From positions 365,118,001 through 365,182,000 of the forward strand of contig OZ024740.1 of the NCBI GenBank assembly GCA_964016885.1: DNA of 64,000 nt, in the 5' to 3' direction. This document shows, in pieces, positions 41,373 to 56,150 of the stretch (position 1 is its first letter; each line of letters begins with the position of its first letter). The translations under genes and the position numbers were made by a program. The DNA is from Eledone cirrhosa. Its lineage: Eukaryota. The notes beneath the pieces were generated by a model. It was given only the letters and a program-made list of their open reading frames with translations. It ran no database searches and had not been told where the DNA came from.

Positions 41373-42411
41373 ATAATAAAGAATTCATGTCTAGTAACAT
41401 ATATATACATACAGATGCATATCAATGCTAGCAAATATATAGGTTTTGTCTTAATAACGGTGTGGTTCAATGCATGGGGTTGCAGAACAATAATATAAGA
41501 GACGTAAAATAAGAAAATTATAAAATTAACTTACTTACTAATTAGTTTCTGGAATGGAGTAAATATATTTTCCGAAGAATAATATAAAGAAGCATTCCGT
41601 CGTCAGGAAAGTCTATTCTCATGTAAGTTTCCAGGCAAAGCGAGGACACTGGAAACTTATTAAAAAATAATTCAGTGGATAGGAAATAGCGAAGCGTGGA
41701 CTGAATTCCAAGCCATTGATAAAATCACTGCCTCTACGTCTGTGGCAAATTCAAAAAGAATCGAACACGTGACATCGAGGTCAATCAGTGGAAAGTGGTT
41801 TGCTAATAAGACAGCGGCCTGCCTACAACCGTAGCAGCAGTCATGGCCAATATTGCTCGACAAATAATTTGGAGATAATAATAAAGAATTCATATCTAGT
41901 AACATATATATACATACAGATGCATATCAATGCTAGCAAATATATAGGTTTTGTCTTAATAACAGTGTGGTTCAATGCATGGGGTTGCAGAACAATAATA
42001 TAAGAGACGTAAAATAAGAAAATTATAAAATTAACTTACTTACTAAAATATCACTTCCAACTAATTAGTTTCTGGAATGGAGTAAATATATTTTCCGAAG
42101 ATTGACCTCGATGTCACGTGTTCGATTCTTTTTGAATTTGCCACAGACGTAGAGGAAGTGATTTTATCAATGGTTTGGAATTCAGTCCACGCTTCGCTAT
42201 TTCCTATCCACTGAATTATTTTTTAATAAGTTTCCAGTGTCCTCGCTTTGCCTGGAAACTTACATGAGAATAGACTTTCCTGACGACGGAATGCTTCTTT
42301 ATATTATTCTTCGGAAAATATATTTACTCCATTCCAGAAACTAATTAGTTGGAAGTGATATTTTAGTAAGTAAGTTAATTTTATAATTTTCTTATTTTAC
42401 GTCTCTTATAT
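41373..42411. repeat. non-coding ~505-520-nt tandem unit (1.4 copies) plus inverted arm (family I)
   Basis: 41381 recurs at 41886; 42101-42411 is the reverse complement of about 41493-41786. Confidence 0.8.
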
Positions 42412-42434
42412 ATATTCATATATATATATATATA

Positions 42435-42524
<90 letters not shown>

Positions 42525-42745
42525 TATATATATATATATATTCATATATATATATATATTCATATATATATATATATTCATATATATATTCATATATATA
42601 TATATATATATTCATATATATATATATTCATATATATATATATATATTCATATATATATATTCATATATATATATATATTCATATATATATATTCATATA
42701 TATATATATATATATTCATATATATATATTCATATATATATATTC

Positions 42746-42827
<82 letters not shown>

Positions 42828-42829
42828 TA

Positions 42830-42883
<54 letters not shown>

Positions 42884-42914
42884 GATATATATATATATAT
42901 ATATATTTATAAAT

Positions 42915-43525
42915 ATATCGAGAATGATACTTTCTTTTTACTATTACACTCCCTTACCTCTTTTTCTTCCGCATATAAGTGTACGCGCGCGTGTGTGTGT
43001 GTGTGTTTATACGCGTGCCTTCATATTCTTATAATGTATCTAATACACTGTTTTTCTGTATACCTGTCAACCGGACACTCATATCATGTCTGTGTCTGTA
43101 GTTACAGATACACAGATATACTTTCCCTCATATATATATTTACGCACACATTTTCACGATACACACACATTTGTACATGCATACATATGTACATCTGTTA
43201 GTGTATATACATACATATACACACACCTAACTATATTTCTTAAACATTTTTTATATATTTTGTATGTCTATTGTATTATCTATATTTATATAATTTTTTT
43301 TGCATTTCTTGAGGAGACTTTCCAAATATTTAGCTATGTTTTATATTGCCTCGTCCGACGAACGAATGAAGACGTTTCTTTCGTATTCGCCTTATTCGGG
43401 AAACCTCTGGTAACGAGGTAATTATATTGTATTGTTTTTTTATACATTAAATTTTGCTCTGGTACTTACATAGAGCACTCTTCACTCCTATGACTTTTCT
43501 GTTTTCAACGGAAACTTCAATACTT
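42915..43525 (+). mobile_element. PLE pLTR remnant with HHR at 43345-43422
   Basis: ATTGCCTCGT-CCGACGA-...-GAAA-CCTCTGG-TA-ACGAGGTAAT (10-bp stem I); tail similar to family F. Confidence 0.7.
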
Positions 43526-43536
43526 ATATATATATA

Positions 43537-43586
<50 letters not shown>

Positions 43587-44046
43587 TTCATATATATATA
43601 TATATATACATATATTCATATATATATATATATTCATATATTCATATATATATACATATATTCATATATATATACATATATATATTCATATATATATTCA
43701 TATATATATACATATATATATATGAATATATATATATATATTCATATATATATACATATATATATATATATTCATATATATATATATATATATTCATATA
43801 TATATACATATATATATATATATATTCATATATATATACATATATATATATATTCAGATATAAATACATATATATATATATTCATATATATATATATATT
43901 CATATATATATACATATATATATATATTCATATATATATACATATATATATATTCATATATATATATATATATTCATATATATATATATTCATATATATA
44001 TATATTCATATATATATACATATATATATATTCATATATATATATA

Positions 44047-44155
<109 letters not shown>

Positions 44156-44159
44156 ATAT

Positions 44160-46174
44160 ATTAGAAAGATCGAGTATCGAAAAATCGGCGCACGAGTTCA
44201 CGATAAACGAGATTCGACATGAGCGGCAGAGGGCTCAATAATTCAGATGAATCAGAGCTATAACTATCGTTAAAATACCGTCACATATAGAACAAGTCTA
44301 CAATCAACCATACGATTTAAAATCGATAAAGGAAGATTCGGGACAAACAGATAAAAAATATCAATAAAACAATACGTCAATAATTTAAATGAATGTAAAA
44401 TCATACCCGGACCCACTAGACAGGTGTTAAATCTAGCTTCATGGGTTTCTGTAAATCCTTAGACTGTACTCTATCAGCTCACATATAAATATAAAAGCCT
44501 ACTAGAGCAAGCGGAACGGAGTTTTACTTTCTCAACGAGTTTTTTTCCTGGCGGTAGAGGAGCCAACTACCAGTGAAAAACGCACATGGCATTAGACAAG
44601 GGAGATAACCCCTATATCCGCGAAAACAATTCGAGTGAATGTGGAAATACACATATCGAATTAGAGTGCTCAATAGACATGTTAAAATAAAACAAAAGCT
44701 ATTCATCACTCAATAGAATCGACAAAAAATGAGCAATAAAATTAACTGGTGGATAGCTAAGTCCAGAGCTAAATATATTAGAAAGATCGAGTATCGAAAA
44801 ATCGGCGCACGAGTTCACGATAAACGAGATTCGACATGAGCGGCAGAGGGCTCAATAATTCAGATGAATCAGAGCTATAACTATCGTTAAAATACCGTCA
44901 CATATAGAACAAGTCTACAATCAACCATACGATTTAAAATCGATAAAGGAAGATTCGGGACAAACAGATAAAAAATATCAATAAAACAATACGTCAATAA
45001 TTTAAATGAATGTAAAATCATACCCGGACCCACTAGACAGGTGTTAAATCTAGCTTCATGGGTTTCTGTAAATCCTTAGACTGTACTCTATCAGCTCACA
45101 TATAAATATAAAAGCCTACTAGAGCAAGCGGAACGGAGTTTTACTTTCTCAACGAGTTTTTTTCCTAGCGGTAGAGGAGCCAACTACCAGTGAAAAACGC
45201 ACATGGCATTAGACAAGGGAGATAACCCCTATATCCGCGAAAACAATTCGAGTGAATGTGGAAATACACATATCGAATTAGAGTGCTCAATAGACATGTT
45301 AAAATAAAACAAAAGCTATTCATCACTCAATAGAATCGACAAAAAATGAGCAATAAAATTAACTGGTGGATAGCTAAGTCCAGAGCTAAATATATTAGAA
45401 AGATCGAGTATCGAAAAATCGGCGCACGAGTTCACGATAAACGAGATTCGACATGAGCGGCAGAGGGCTCAATAATTCAGATGAATCAGAGCTATAACTA
45501 TCGTTAAAATACCGTCACATATAGAACAAGTCTACAATCAACCATACGATTTAAAATCGATAAAGGAAGATTCGGGACAAACAGATAAAAAATATCAATA
45601 AAACAATACGTCAATAATTTAAATGAATGTAAAATCATACCCGGACCCACTAGACAGGTGTTAAATCTAGCTTCATGGGTTTCTGTAAATCCTTAGACTG
45701 TACTCTATCAGCTCACATATAAATATAAAAGCCTACTAGAGCAAGCGGAACGGAGTTTTACTTTCTCAACGAGTTTTTTTCCTAGCGGTAGAGGAGCCAA
45801 CTACCAGTGAAAAACGCACATGGCATTAGACAAGGGAGATAACCCCTATATCCGCGAAAACAATTCGAGTGAATGTGGAAATACACATATCGAATTAGAG
45901 TGCTCAATAGACATGTTAAAATAAAACAAAAGCTATTCATCACTCAATAGAATCGACAAAAAATGAGCAATAAAATTAACTGGTGGATAGCTAAGTCCAG
46001 AGCTAAATATATTAGAAAGATCGAGTATCGAAAAATCGGCGCACGAGTTCACGATAAACGAGATTCGACATGAGCGGCAGAGGGCTCAATAATTCAGATG
46101 AATCAGAGCTATAACTATCGTTAAAATACCGTCACATATAGAACAAGTCTACAATCAACCATACGATTTAAAAT
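44160..46174. repeat. 617-bp tandem satellite, 3.3 near-identical units running into the gap
   Basis: TTAGAAAGATCGAG starts at 44161, 44778, 45395 and 46012. Confidence 0.95.
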
Positions 46175-46175
46175 T

Positions 46176-46375
46176 NNNNNNNNNNNNNNNNNNNNNNNNN
46201 NNNNNNNNNNNNNNNNNNNNNNNNNNNNNNNNNNNNNNNNNNNNNNNNNNNNNNNNNNNNNNNNNNNNNNNNNNNNNNNNNNNNNNNNNNNNNNNNNNNN
46301 NNNNNNNNNNNNNNNNNNNNNNNNNNNNNNNNNNNNNNNNNNNNNNNNNNNNNNNNNNNNNNNNNNNNNNNNNNN
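46176..46375. other. assembly gap
   Basis: 200 N. Confidence 1.
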
Positions 46376-46481
46376 TCATGTTGTTGGTATCTAATGTCCT
46401 TCCTTTCTTAACCCTTGATACCAAACCACATAAAACCACCCTCGCTTCCATGATACTGCACAGTTTATCTTAAAGTGTTTA

Positions 46482-47372
46482 TCTATATATCTAAAACAGA
46501 GAATGTCTGTCTGTCTGACTCCCTAAAACTCGAGAACGACCCAACCGATTGTTTTCAAACTTTACACATGTAATACTTATGATTCTGTGAGTGTTTTGAG
46601 CAAGAAATATTTCAAATTTTCAATGCCCTAGGGACCGCATTAGGTGATTTAGCGATCTCTCTCTTTCTTTTTAGATAGGATAGATACATAGATATAACGT
46701 TGCGCCCTTATAATATCTGTCTCTATATATATATAGTGTGTAACATTTTTCGAAATATTTACTTCTGCGTTCACAGATTGGTTTTTTTTAGTTTCAGAAG
46801 ATCCTGTTAAGGGTGAAAGCAGCGATTCTTTGCTTAAACTTTAATCTGTTATTTTAATATATATATATATATCATCATCATCATTTTACGTCCGCTTCTC
46901 CCTGCTTGCAAGGGTGGGATGGGAACTGATTCTGGCTTGATTTCTACAGCTGGATGCCCTTTATAACACCAACCTCATTTACAGTGAGTGCTGGGTGCTT
47001 ATTTTTTCCGTGGCACCTCCACGACCACTTTGCAGTGGAATGATAGGACCCCAGTCTCTATCATCTCATTTCTACAGCTGAGTAAACTGGAGCAATGTGA
47101 AATAAAGTGTCTTGCTCAAGGAAACAACACATCACCCGGTCTGAGAATTGAACTCACAACCTTTTGATTGCATGGCCAATGCTCTAACCACTAAGCCATG
47201 TGCCTCCATATATATATATATAATTATATATTCGTGTACAGATATTTTTGCTTACACAATAACAAAATATAAACAAACATATTTATTTCACGAGGCTCGA
47301 TAAGGATAAATATATATCAAATATATAAGAACCCTAGAACAAATCCCGAGCAACACCGGGCCATTCTGCTAG
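46482..47372 (+). mobile_element. non-autonomous Helitron-like element
   Basis: 5' TC; 3' hairpin CCCG(AGCAACAC)CGGG then CTAG; inserted at A|T with no TSD. The flanks rejoin as AAAGTGTTTA|TATTTA, matching the uninterrupted MITE copy at about 47604-47620. Confidence 0.75.
46872..47208 (-). mobile_element. tRNA-derived SINE with RTE-type 3' tail and (ATG)n end
   Basis: A box TGGCTTAGTGG, B box AGTTCAATTC; tail shared with the RTE at 63363; copies at 60100-60447 (-) and 62850-63220 (+), partials at 59026-59156 and 59735-59995. Confidence 0.85.
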
Positions 47373-48764
47373 TATTTATCTAAAAATGTTCTGTCATAAT
47401 GTTATATATGAATTAATATTTGTTATGTGCTGATAATGAGAAAGTTAGTTATATTACTAAATCTTTCCAAATACTTTATTTTCAAAATGATTTGAAAATC
47501 AGAGGCACTCTCTTTCATTAGAAATATGTTAACAACAGTGTTAACCATTTTTATACTGAACTACCTGAAGCCACAGCTGGTTTTGTTATAAAGATGTTTG
47601 TCTTAAAGTGTTTATATTTAGCTAAAAACATTCCACTGTATTTCTGTCTATGTAAGACCCTTTATGTTCCAAACACCAGCTCAATATTGAGAAAATTAAT
47701 TATATTAACTAAATTCATCCCAATTTTTTTGCTTTCAAAACCATATCGCAGTGTCTTTCATTAGATATATAGTGAAGAAAAAGTTCACAACCAGATAGAT
47801 GTTCGGTCATTGGCTTGACCATAATCATTTTGGGAGAGGAGGAAAGAAGTAATTGAAAAGAAAAATTGTAGTTTACACCGAGAGACTGTCTGTTGAATGT
47901 TTTAATGGTAAGGAGCCCCAATCATGGCTTCTTCTTCGCCCACATATTCCTGGGAGTGTCATGGGAGCAAAGTCCTTAAACACTCCTTCCAGCGGTTCCT
48001 GTCAAAAGAAACCGTCTCCAATTGATCCAGCAGAATCCCCAAATGAGATCAGCTGAGCTCTTGGATGTTATCCAACCATCTTGCTCAGGTTCTACCCCTG
48101 GTCACCTACTGGTTGGTTTCGACCATAATATCTGACCAGCGATTCTTTCCTGAGATTTTCCAACCACATGCCCATAGTGATCTTTTAATTCGGAGAAGTA
48201 GCAGCTCTACCTGGAGCAACTTTCTCATCTCCAAGCTACACATTCTATTGAGGAACGTTACTCCAAACACCTTTCCAAGGAACCACATTTCTAACCAGTT
48301 ATGTCATGAAAATCAAACTGAAATGGAGTTGCTCAAAAACACAATGTGCTGCTCAATCCCCACTAGACCACATGTATACACTGGTTGATAAAAGATTTTC
48401 TGAAAACCAATTAGTGCCAATGGTTATAAAATACTATTTTGTTTACACTCCAGATTCATTTTGCTTCAATATGCATCTGAACGCACTGATTCTGGTCTGT
48501 TCAAAACCATCCAAATATCAGTTATTGATCTGTATGTAGACATTAAATTATAGATTTAAAGAAATAAAACTCTAGTTTGGCAAGTCTCTTCATTAAAGTA
48601 CTTTTATAAGAAAAACCCAAAGCTGCTATTTCTTGTATGGCTTGTAAAGACACTTCCTGGTTTCAGGGTGAATTTTTTTTTTACCATCAGATTATATTGT
48701 TTTTGTACATTTACTAATACTCACATATACTTATGTATAGTGTGTGTGTGTGTGTGTATATATA

Positions 48765-48798
<34 letters not shown>

Positions 48799-48838
48799 CA
48801 TACACACACACATAAATATATATGTATATGTACATATA

Positions 48839-48877
<39 letters not shown>

Positions 48878-48912
48878 GCTGTACCACTTTAAAAGTGGTG
48901 TGTGTGTGTATG

Positions 48913-48946
<34 letters not shown>

Positions 48947-49073
48947 CAAGCATATATATATATTCCCACCCTTGCAAGCAGGGAAAAGCGGACGTATGAT
49001 GATGATGATGATGTGTGTGTATATATATATATATACACACACACATATATGTACATATACATATATATTTATA

Positions 49074-49107
<34 letters not shown>

Positions 49108-49184
49108 CACACATATCATCATCATCATCATCATACGTCCGCTTTTCCCTGCTTGCAAGGGTGGGAATATATATATATATGCAT

Positions 49185-49225
<41 letters not shown>

Positions 49226-49257
49226 CACTCACACACCACTTTTAAAGCGGTACAGCA
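48878..49257. repeat. imperfect inverted repeat containing two RTE/SINE tails
   Basis: GCTGTACCACTTTAAAAGTGGTGTG ... CACACCACTTTTAAAGCGGTACAGC, with CCCACCCTTGCAAGCAGGGAAAAGCGGACG and its reverse complement inside. Confidence 0.7.
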
Positions 49258-49953
49258 GAGTAATTAAGGTATTAGATTTGTGGCTGATGAGTCATAGATC
49301 CCAATCCTAACTCAAGCAGAATAGTGTATCCTTGGGCGAATATATGTTCTCTTGATTGTTTTGTTCTGTGTTAACATTGGAAAATAAATTCCATAACTAC
49401 CTCTTCAAGGAAGTGCATGACACTAGAAAGTGCACTGACTTGTAAAATACACCAGCTTGAATTGCAAACAAAACAATAAAAACAAATACATTGACTGTAC
49501 TTGCAGATTTGTCCAATTTATGCCAATGGGTTGGATCAAGCTATATGCAACTTCTATTAGGTTAAAACCTAGTGAATGGTTATATAGCAGTATATCATGG
49601 AATATTCTTTCCATCTAAATAAATATAGTGAAGGCACGTGGCATAGTAGTTAGGGTGTTAGGCTCATGATCGTAAAGTCATGGGTTCAATTCATAGACTG
49701 GATGCTACATTGTGTCCTTGTGCAAGGCGCTTAACTTGCTTCGTTTAATGGGACTGGGGCCCCCCATCATTAAAACACCCAAGAAACCTCATATGCAAGC
49801 TAATCCTGCATAGGTGTGAGCTGTAACAACAACATGATAGGGAGTGGGGCAGCGTTAGTGTGACCTATGCATTGAATACAGAAGATATGCAAAGTTTTGA
49901 TAGAAAAGAAACAAGTATACTCCATTGGATGTACAATGTGCATGAACAACAAA

Positions 49954-49991
<38 letters not shown>

Positions 49992-52900
49992 CTAATATTA
50001 TGATTTGAAAATCGATACCTACATACATGGACTACACAATTTAACAATAGCCCTTCCTATCTTTATTGCTACTGACAGGTGCCAATACATACATTAGTAT
50101 ACCTGACATTATCTAACACACTAATAGTATAATTTACCAAAATACTGCTCAACTGAATGTCAACCCCATTACAGCCCTCCCCCCAGGCACTAACCTCCCT
50201 CAGAGGAAGTGAGTGTTTCTGAATCAGCTATACACAGGTGTTGGATGATGCAGTGCATTTGAGCACCACTGGGGACTGCGTCCATCAGTAGCTCACCAGA
50301 GCCAACTACTAAACTACTAAACTGGTTGCTTTCCAGGATCTTTGCCCACCTAATAATATGGACCTCACACACCTTAATCTCACTGCCGTGAAGCTGATTG
50401 AAATGACTGGGAGACACATAATTACAGGTATCTCATAGGCAAGAAGATTAGAAATATGGCAACACATGGATTAAAACTGTTTGTATTTATCCAACAACCT
50501 ACCATCATAATTTTATGTTGAATTATGTTCCAAACACCATCTTAATAATGAGAAAGTTATATCACTAAATTATTCCAACTTCTTGATTTTCAAAATTATT
50601 TGAAAAGTATATGCTGTAACTGAGAAATATGATAATGAAAGGGTTAAACTAAAACTTTCCACTAATGTTCCAAACACTAGCTTAATTAAAAAGTTATTTT
50701 ACTAACCCTCCTCTCCCAATTCTTAACTATTTTCTAAATTATTTGAAGCACACTATGTGTAATCAAAATTGTCTATCGATATTGCAAGATTACTAAATTT
50801 ATAGCCCCAAACATTCTTAGATTTTCTAAAAAACCATATTAACTTAGATTAACCTTTAACACCATCTAAAGATTTTCAATATGATGTTGTCATAGTTCTG
50901 TTTCATACTTTCCAATAATGTCTTACTAATGTGGTTTCATGTGGTACAGGACATTTTGAGTTAATATAGATTACAAATGTTTGTAGTTTGTAGTATGTTT
51001 ACTAGTAGAGAGATCATTGGAAATTTGTATTAAACTCTTTAATTTATAATGTGATGAAATCATAGTGCTGTTTTGTAATTTTCAAGAATGCCTTGTTAAT
51101 GTGATTTTATGTGGTACAGCATGCTAAGAGCTAATGCAGATTGGATGTATTGTTATTTAGGACCAAAAAAACTTTAAAAACTCAATGCCAACAGTGGAGA
51201 CTGTGTTGTTGTTGGACCATTGTTTGTTCAATGGAACAGCTTACTCATGAGATTAATGTGCAAGTGTCTGAGCATTCCACAGATACATGATCACCCCTCT
51301 TTATGTTGTTAGGAGGGATTCAGTGTGGTACTGGCCCTTTGAATTACACATACAACCCATTTTATCATCTGAGTGGACTGGAGCAGCATGAAATAAAGTG
51401 CCTGTGTCAAGGATACAACACGGCACCAGCAATCAAACTCACAGCTATATAATCCTGAATCATTGGATACTGTCAGCAATAATAGAATTCAAATCTTATA
51501 AGAACGATTGACATACTTCAGTTGTAGTCTGCTCTTTTTTACCACTACATTCTGTAATTTAATCTTTTTGATAACAAACTGGCTGGAACCGCCCTTGGTT
51601 TTATGATACAAAAACTATTTATTTTAAAGTGTTTATATTTATTTAATAATCTGTCATAATTGTATGTAAGAACCTTTGTTAAGTTAAGCTCCATTACTAC
51701 AATTTTTTGATTTTCAAAATTATTTGAAAATCATAGTTAATGTCTTTCATTAAAAATAAAATGAAAGGGTTTAATTGTTAAAAACCAAAAGGTAGTTATT
51801 TTACAAAGTCCTGAATATTTTCAAAATTAATTAAAAAGCACACAGTCTTTCATTTGAAATATGGTAATGGAACAGTTAATAATTTTTTCAACTTTTGAAA
51901 TGAAGAGATACGTTAGCAGCATCTGCAGAACTAAAATTCATACCTCAAGTTATCCATTTCTTGTATTCTTCATTATATTACAGAAGATTCTAGATAAATT
52001 GAAATGAAAATATCTACCAATATATTTGATGGCTTTTGTCAATTTACAACCAGTTGAGAATTTTAGCTATTTATTGTGATCAATATTTGTTGCACTAAGA
52101 CTGGTTCCTGTTAGTAGTATGTTCATTGCTTCAGATATTGTTTTTGTACTATGTTTATATTGAAGATGTTGCTTCATTGAAGATGTTGCTTCCTCTTCAC
52201 TATCCGACAGCAGTTGAAAATCTAAATATATCTAAAGGAAAGATGTGCTGTCCAATTAATCCTTTTGATACCAACCCAGCCAAAACCAGCTCTGGCTGTA
52301 TCAAACAAAACCTCCAGTTTTAAAGGGTTCCTTCCTATTTAAATCAATATTTTCCAGCATATATAAGAACCATACCTTAAGTTACTATTAGATCTCTCAA
52401 AATTAACTCTTTTGATACTAACAGCCAAAACCAACCATTTTAAAAGGTTCTTATTTAATTAAAATCTTCCTACATAATTTTATATAAAGACCATAAGTTA
52501 AGTTACTGTATTAGTAATGTAATAATTGATAATTTTGGTAAATCCCTGAAAGTTTTTGATTAATTGAAGTAGAATCTATTTCATAGAAATACTATCAAAA
52601 AAGGGTTAATCAAGTTGGTTCCACATGGTTTGTCAACTTTTAAAGATATTAACTTCAGATGTATCAAGATGCACATTTACTGATTCACTCTAGTGAATTT
52701 GAATTATTTAGTTATGCTTATTTGCATCTTGTAATCTATCTCAACAAATTCAGGATTTTCAATATGAAACCTTAAAGCATGATTTCATTGCTAGCTCTCT
52801 CATATAGTTATATATAGCCCAAGACACACACTGTGTCAGGACAATGCTCCTACAAATCCATTATGAGTAAAGGGCTCTTACTTTTCCATGTAGTTATGGG

Positions 52901-53642
52901 AGTTACAAACCATTTGTTTTCAGATCTTAACGAATTGTCACCATTTCACACCAGCTTTGCACGCTGGAATTTATTGAACAGGTTGACGGGTCAGGGAACC
53001 AATTCTTGCTCATGTTTCTATATTTGGCATGGTTTCTATGGCTGTAGGCTCTTCCTAATGCCAACCACTTTGTAGGGTTTACTAGGTGCATGGAAAAGTT
53101 TATGTCTTAAGCGATTCTTAATTCATATTTTTTAATGTCCTTAATTTAAAGCTAATTACCAAACAATTTCAAACGTTCATGTTTCAATTTGATATTGATT
53201 CAAAAGGCACCAAATTGCCTGAGTCATTAGAGCATTGGACTGAATTTCACACTGGGGTTACAGTTCTTTGCACTCTGAGTTGCCACTGAATGTAGATAAA
53301 TAGATACCAGTCGTTGCAAGAAAAATGAAAATCAAGTACTTTATAAATTATATCAACATCATTTAACATCTATTTTCGCTGATAGCAAATGTTGGACAAA
53401 ATCCCTTAAGATATTTGTTCTGCCTTCAGTTAGATTCCTTTGTTACTCATGATATCAGAAATGCTGTAAATGAGTAATTGGTCCATTGGAAATCTATAAT
53501 CAAAAATGTTATTGCTTACAAATTGCAATGATTAATAAATTATCGTAATTTAACACTCATTTTCCCTGCTAACAAGGATTTCGATCAAGTAAAACATAAG
53601 TAGCTGATCTCTAGTATAGAATGATGTTATATCAAACACCTA

Positions 53643-54134
53643 CCATATATACTCGAATATAAGTAGACACCCTATTTTATGTTTGGGAAATAGGCAAAAA
53701 TCCAAACCCCATTTATAAGCTGAGGCAGCTAATCAACACATTATGTTTAGATGGTGTGGTTTTGAAATTCTCATGATGGAAAAATATATTTTGATATTCA
53801 AAATGCTTTAAGTGTCGTTTAGAGTATGATTTTTGTTTCACAACTCCATTACATAAAGATATTTTTTACCAGTTTCTGACTGTTTTGATGGCTATATTCA
53901 TTCAAAACATCAAAATCAATAGAAAATACAAATTTCATGTCAAAAGTGAAACCAGTGTAATATTCACCTCCAAAGTGAAAATATTTTAGCATCTCTTTTA
54001 CATAGACTTTTGAAGTTGGTAAAAATTTGCAAAATGTTGACCTCAAATATAAGCCAACCCCCACCATTTTACCATTGATTTTTTTTTTTTTTTTTTTTTG
54101 TCACATTTCACAGCTTATATACAAGTATATACAG
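53643..54134. mobile_element. Tc1/mariner (Tc2/pogo-like) MITE
   Basis: Imperfect TIRs CCATATATACTCGAATATAAG / CTTATATACAAGTATATACAG flanked by TA. Confidence 0.65.
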
Positions 54135-55619
54135 TAACTAGTTTTGGTGAACTTAACTTCATATATGCTGTTGTCTAGCCCAAGTCAAGCTTGATGGATC
54201 AAGTGACCTAGATATTTAATTTACAGGTTCAGTGTTTGTTCTAGATATACCCTGTGTCTGCCTTATTGAGAGCTAAACATACAGTGCATCAGGGTTTTCT
54301 CATATTAGATGATGTGTAACATGCTACAATTTGCTTCATTGTTCATGGTCACCTGACCTAGCATTGCCCACAACAGGACAACTCGTCTAACCCATCTTAG
54401 CGTGGAAGAATAGACATAAAACAGTGATGATGATATATGTACACACATTCACACACATATATATATATATATATATATTATGTTGGTACCACAAAAAGCA
54501 CCCAGCACACACTGTAAATGTGGTTGGTATTAGGAAGGGCATCCAGCCATAGAAAACCAACCGGAAACAGTTCTATATGAGCGAGACACAGTCACCCGAC
54601 CCAACTTGCCTCAAATAGGACAAACCCATCCAACCCATGCTAGCGTAGAAAAGAGACGTTAAATGATGATGATTATAATGTTCAATGTTTTCTCTCCATG
54701 ACCAGATTGTGGCAGTGGCCACTGCTGTAACACAAATTGGGGATATTTCAGAGCATAATAGTTGCTCTTTTTCTGTGCTTGCTTATTTATTTATGTTGGC
54801 AGCGGTGGCAGTATTTGGGCGATTTATCTTTTCTACTTAACTCTTGTGTTACCATATTTCTAATAACAGGTACTGCTTATGATTTTCATTTTGATAATAA
54901 AGAATTTGGAAGTATTTAGTAATATAACTTTGTCATTATTGAGCAATTTGGAACATAGCTTAACAAAGGTACGTGTATAAAATTAGGATGGAAAACTTTT
55001 AGATAAATAGAAACAATTTTGTACCATATTAAAAGGGTTAAATGACATTATGTAGAACATGATCACTTTGTAGAACCAACAACCTAACGCTATTATTTAA
55101 ATGTGCACAACCATTCAACCCATTGCATAGAAAACTAATGAAGGCATTAAAGTGAATTACTATCTTCCTCTGTAGAGACAGTTTCATAAATCTCGGACTT
55201 AGACTAAAGTGGTTCTTTTTAGTTTTGCTTTTGTTGTTTTATTTTCTTTAAATTAAATCAATGTTATTCATAGGACTGAAGATTTAAGAAATGTGTGTTA
55301 TCCTGAGTGTATCTTCAGTTTTCAGCTCAATGGTTGCCTATTATGCAGAAAAGAAAAAGCAAGCAATTAAACCAGAATTGCCAGCAAATTTCAAATTGAC
55401 ACCTGCTCCAGAATCTGATGTTTTTGCTCTTTGCTTTGCCTAATAGTCACATGCATATTGAAGATTTATTTACTATCATGACAACATGACAATGGCAACA
55501 TTGGTGATCATGTGTGCTTGGAGAGTGAGAGATAGTTTTATGCCCATTTTTCCAAGCTTGTATGGGTTGGAAGAGTCTTTTCTAACATAGCATATCTCCT
55601 CACACTCTTTTATTGGTTT

Positions 55620-56150
55620 CATCATCATCATCATCATCTTCGTTTAATGTCCACTTTCCACGCTAGCATGGGTTAGACGGGAGTTGTCCCACTTGAGGCA
55701 AGGTTTGGTCGGGTGACCGTGTCTCGCTCATATAGGACTATCTGGCAGGTTTTCTACGGCTGGATGCCCTTCCTAACACCAGCCACATTTACAGTGTGGA
55801 AATGGGAACTTTTTACCGTGTTACCTACATGGCCACATTACAGCGTGGACTGTGTGTTTTTTCTCGTGACACCTACACGATCTCGATCTCATCTCATTTA
55901 TTTGGACAGGATGTTGTGGTACCAACTTTACAGAGAGAGGGTGGTGTTGGTGGGAGTGGGAGGATAGGGTAGTGGATTGGGGTGTATATTTGGTTAAGAG
56001 GTGCCTACTGACTGTAGGTTTCGCTTTGTACATAGGCAAAGTGGGTCTTCTGTATTACTGCGTAGCGCCAAAGATCTCGGTCCAGTGACATTGTCTTAGA
56101 GAGGTGCAAGTGCGTAAGGTCGGAATTTATCAGATCGTCCCAGGTTTTTC
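55620..56150 (-). mobile_element. RTE LINE 3' remnant
   Basis: (CAT)n end and reverse-complement similarity to 62100-62590. Confidence 0.65.

Larger units (their letters stand above)
46408..47544. mobile_element. TTAA-flanked MITE-like repeat, interrupted by a Helitron
   Basis: TTAACCCTT.GATACC start; related degenerate copies near 47541, 51560-51773 and 52257-52608 end in AAAGGGTT(T)AA. Confidence 0.5.

Noticed and set aside
44435-44480. HHR-like CTGATAGA...GAAA on the - strand of the satellite
   Set aside because: Extra core base, no NUH triplet, no convincing stems.
49630-49740. tRNA gene
   Set aside because: A/B boxes run into TGTGTCCTTG.GCAAGGC SINE body sequence with no cloverleaf; it is a SINE head.
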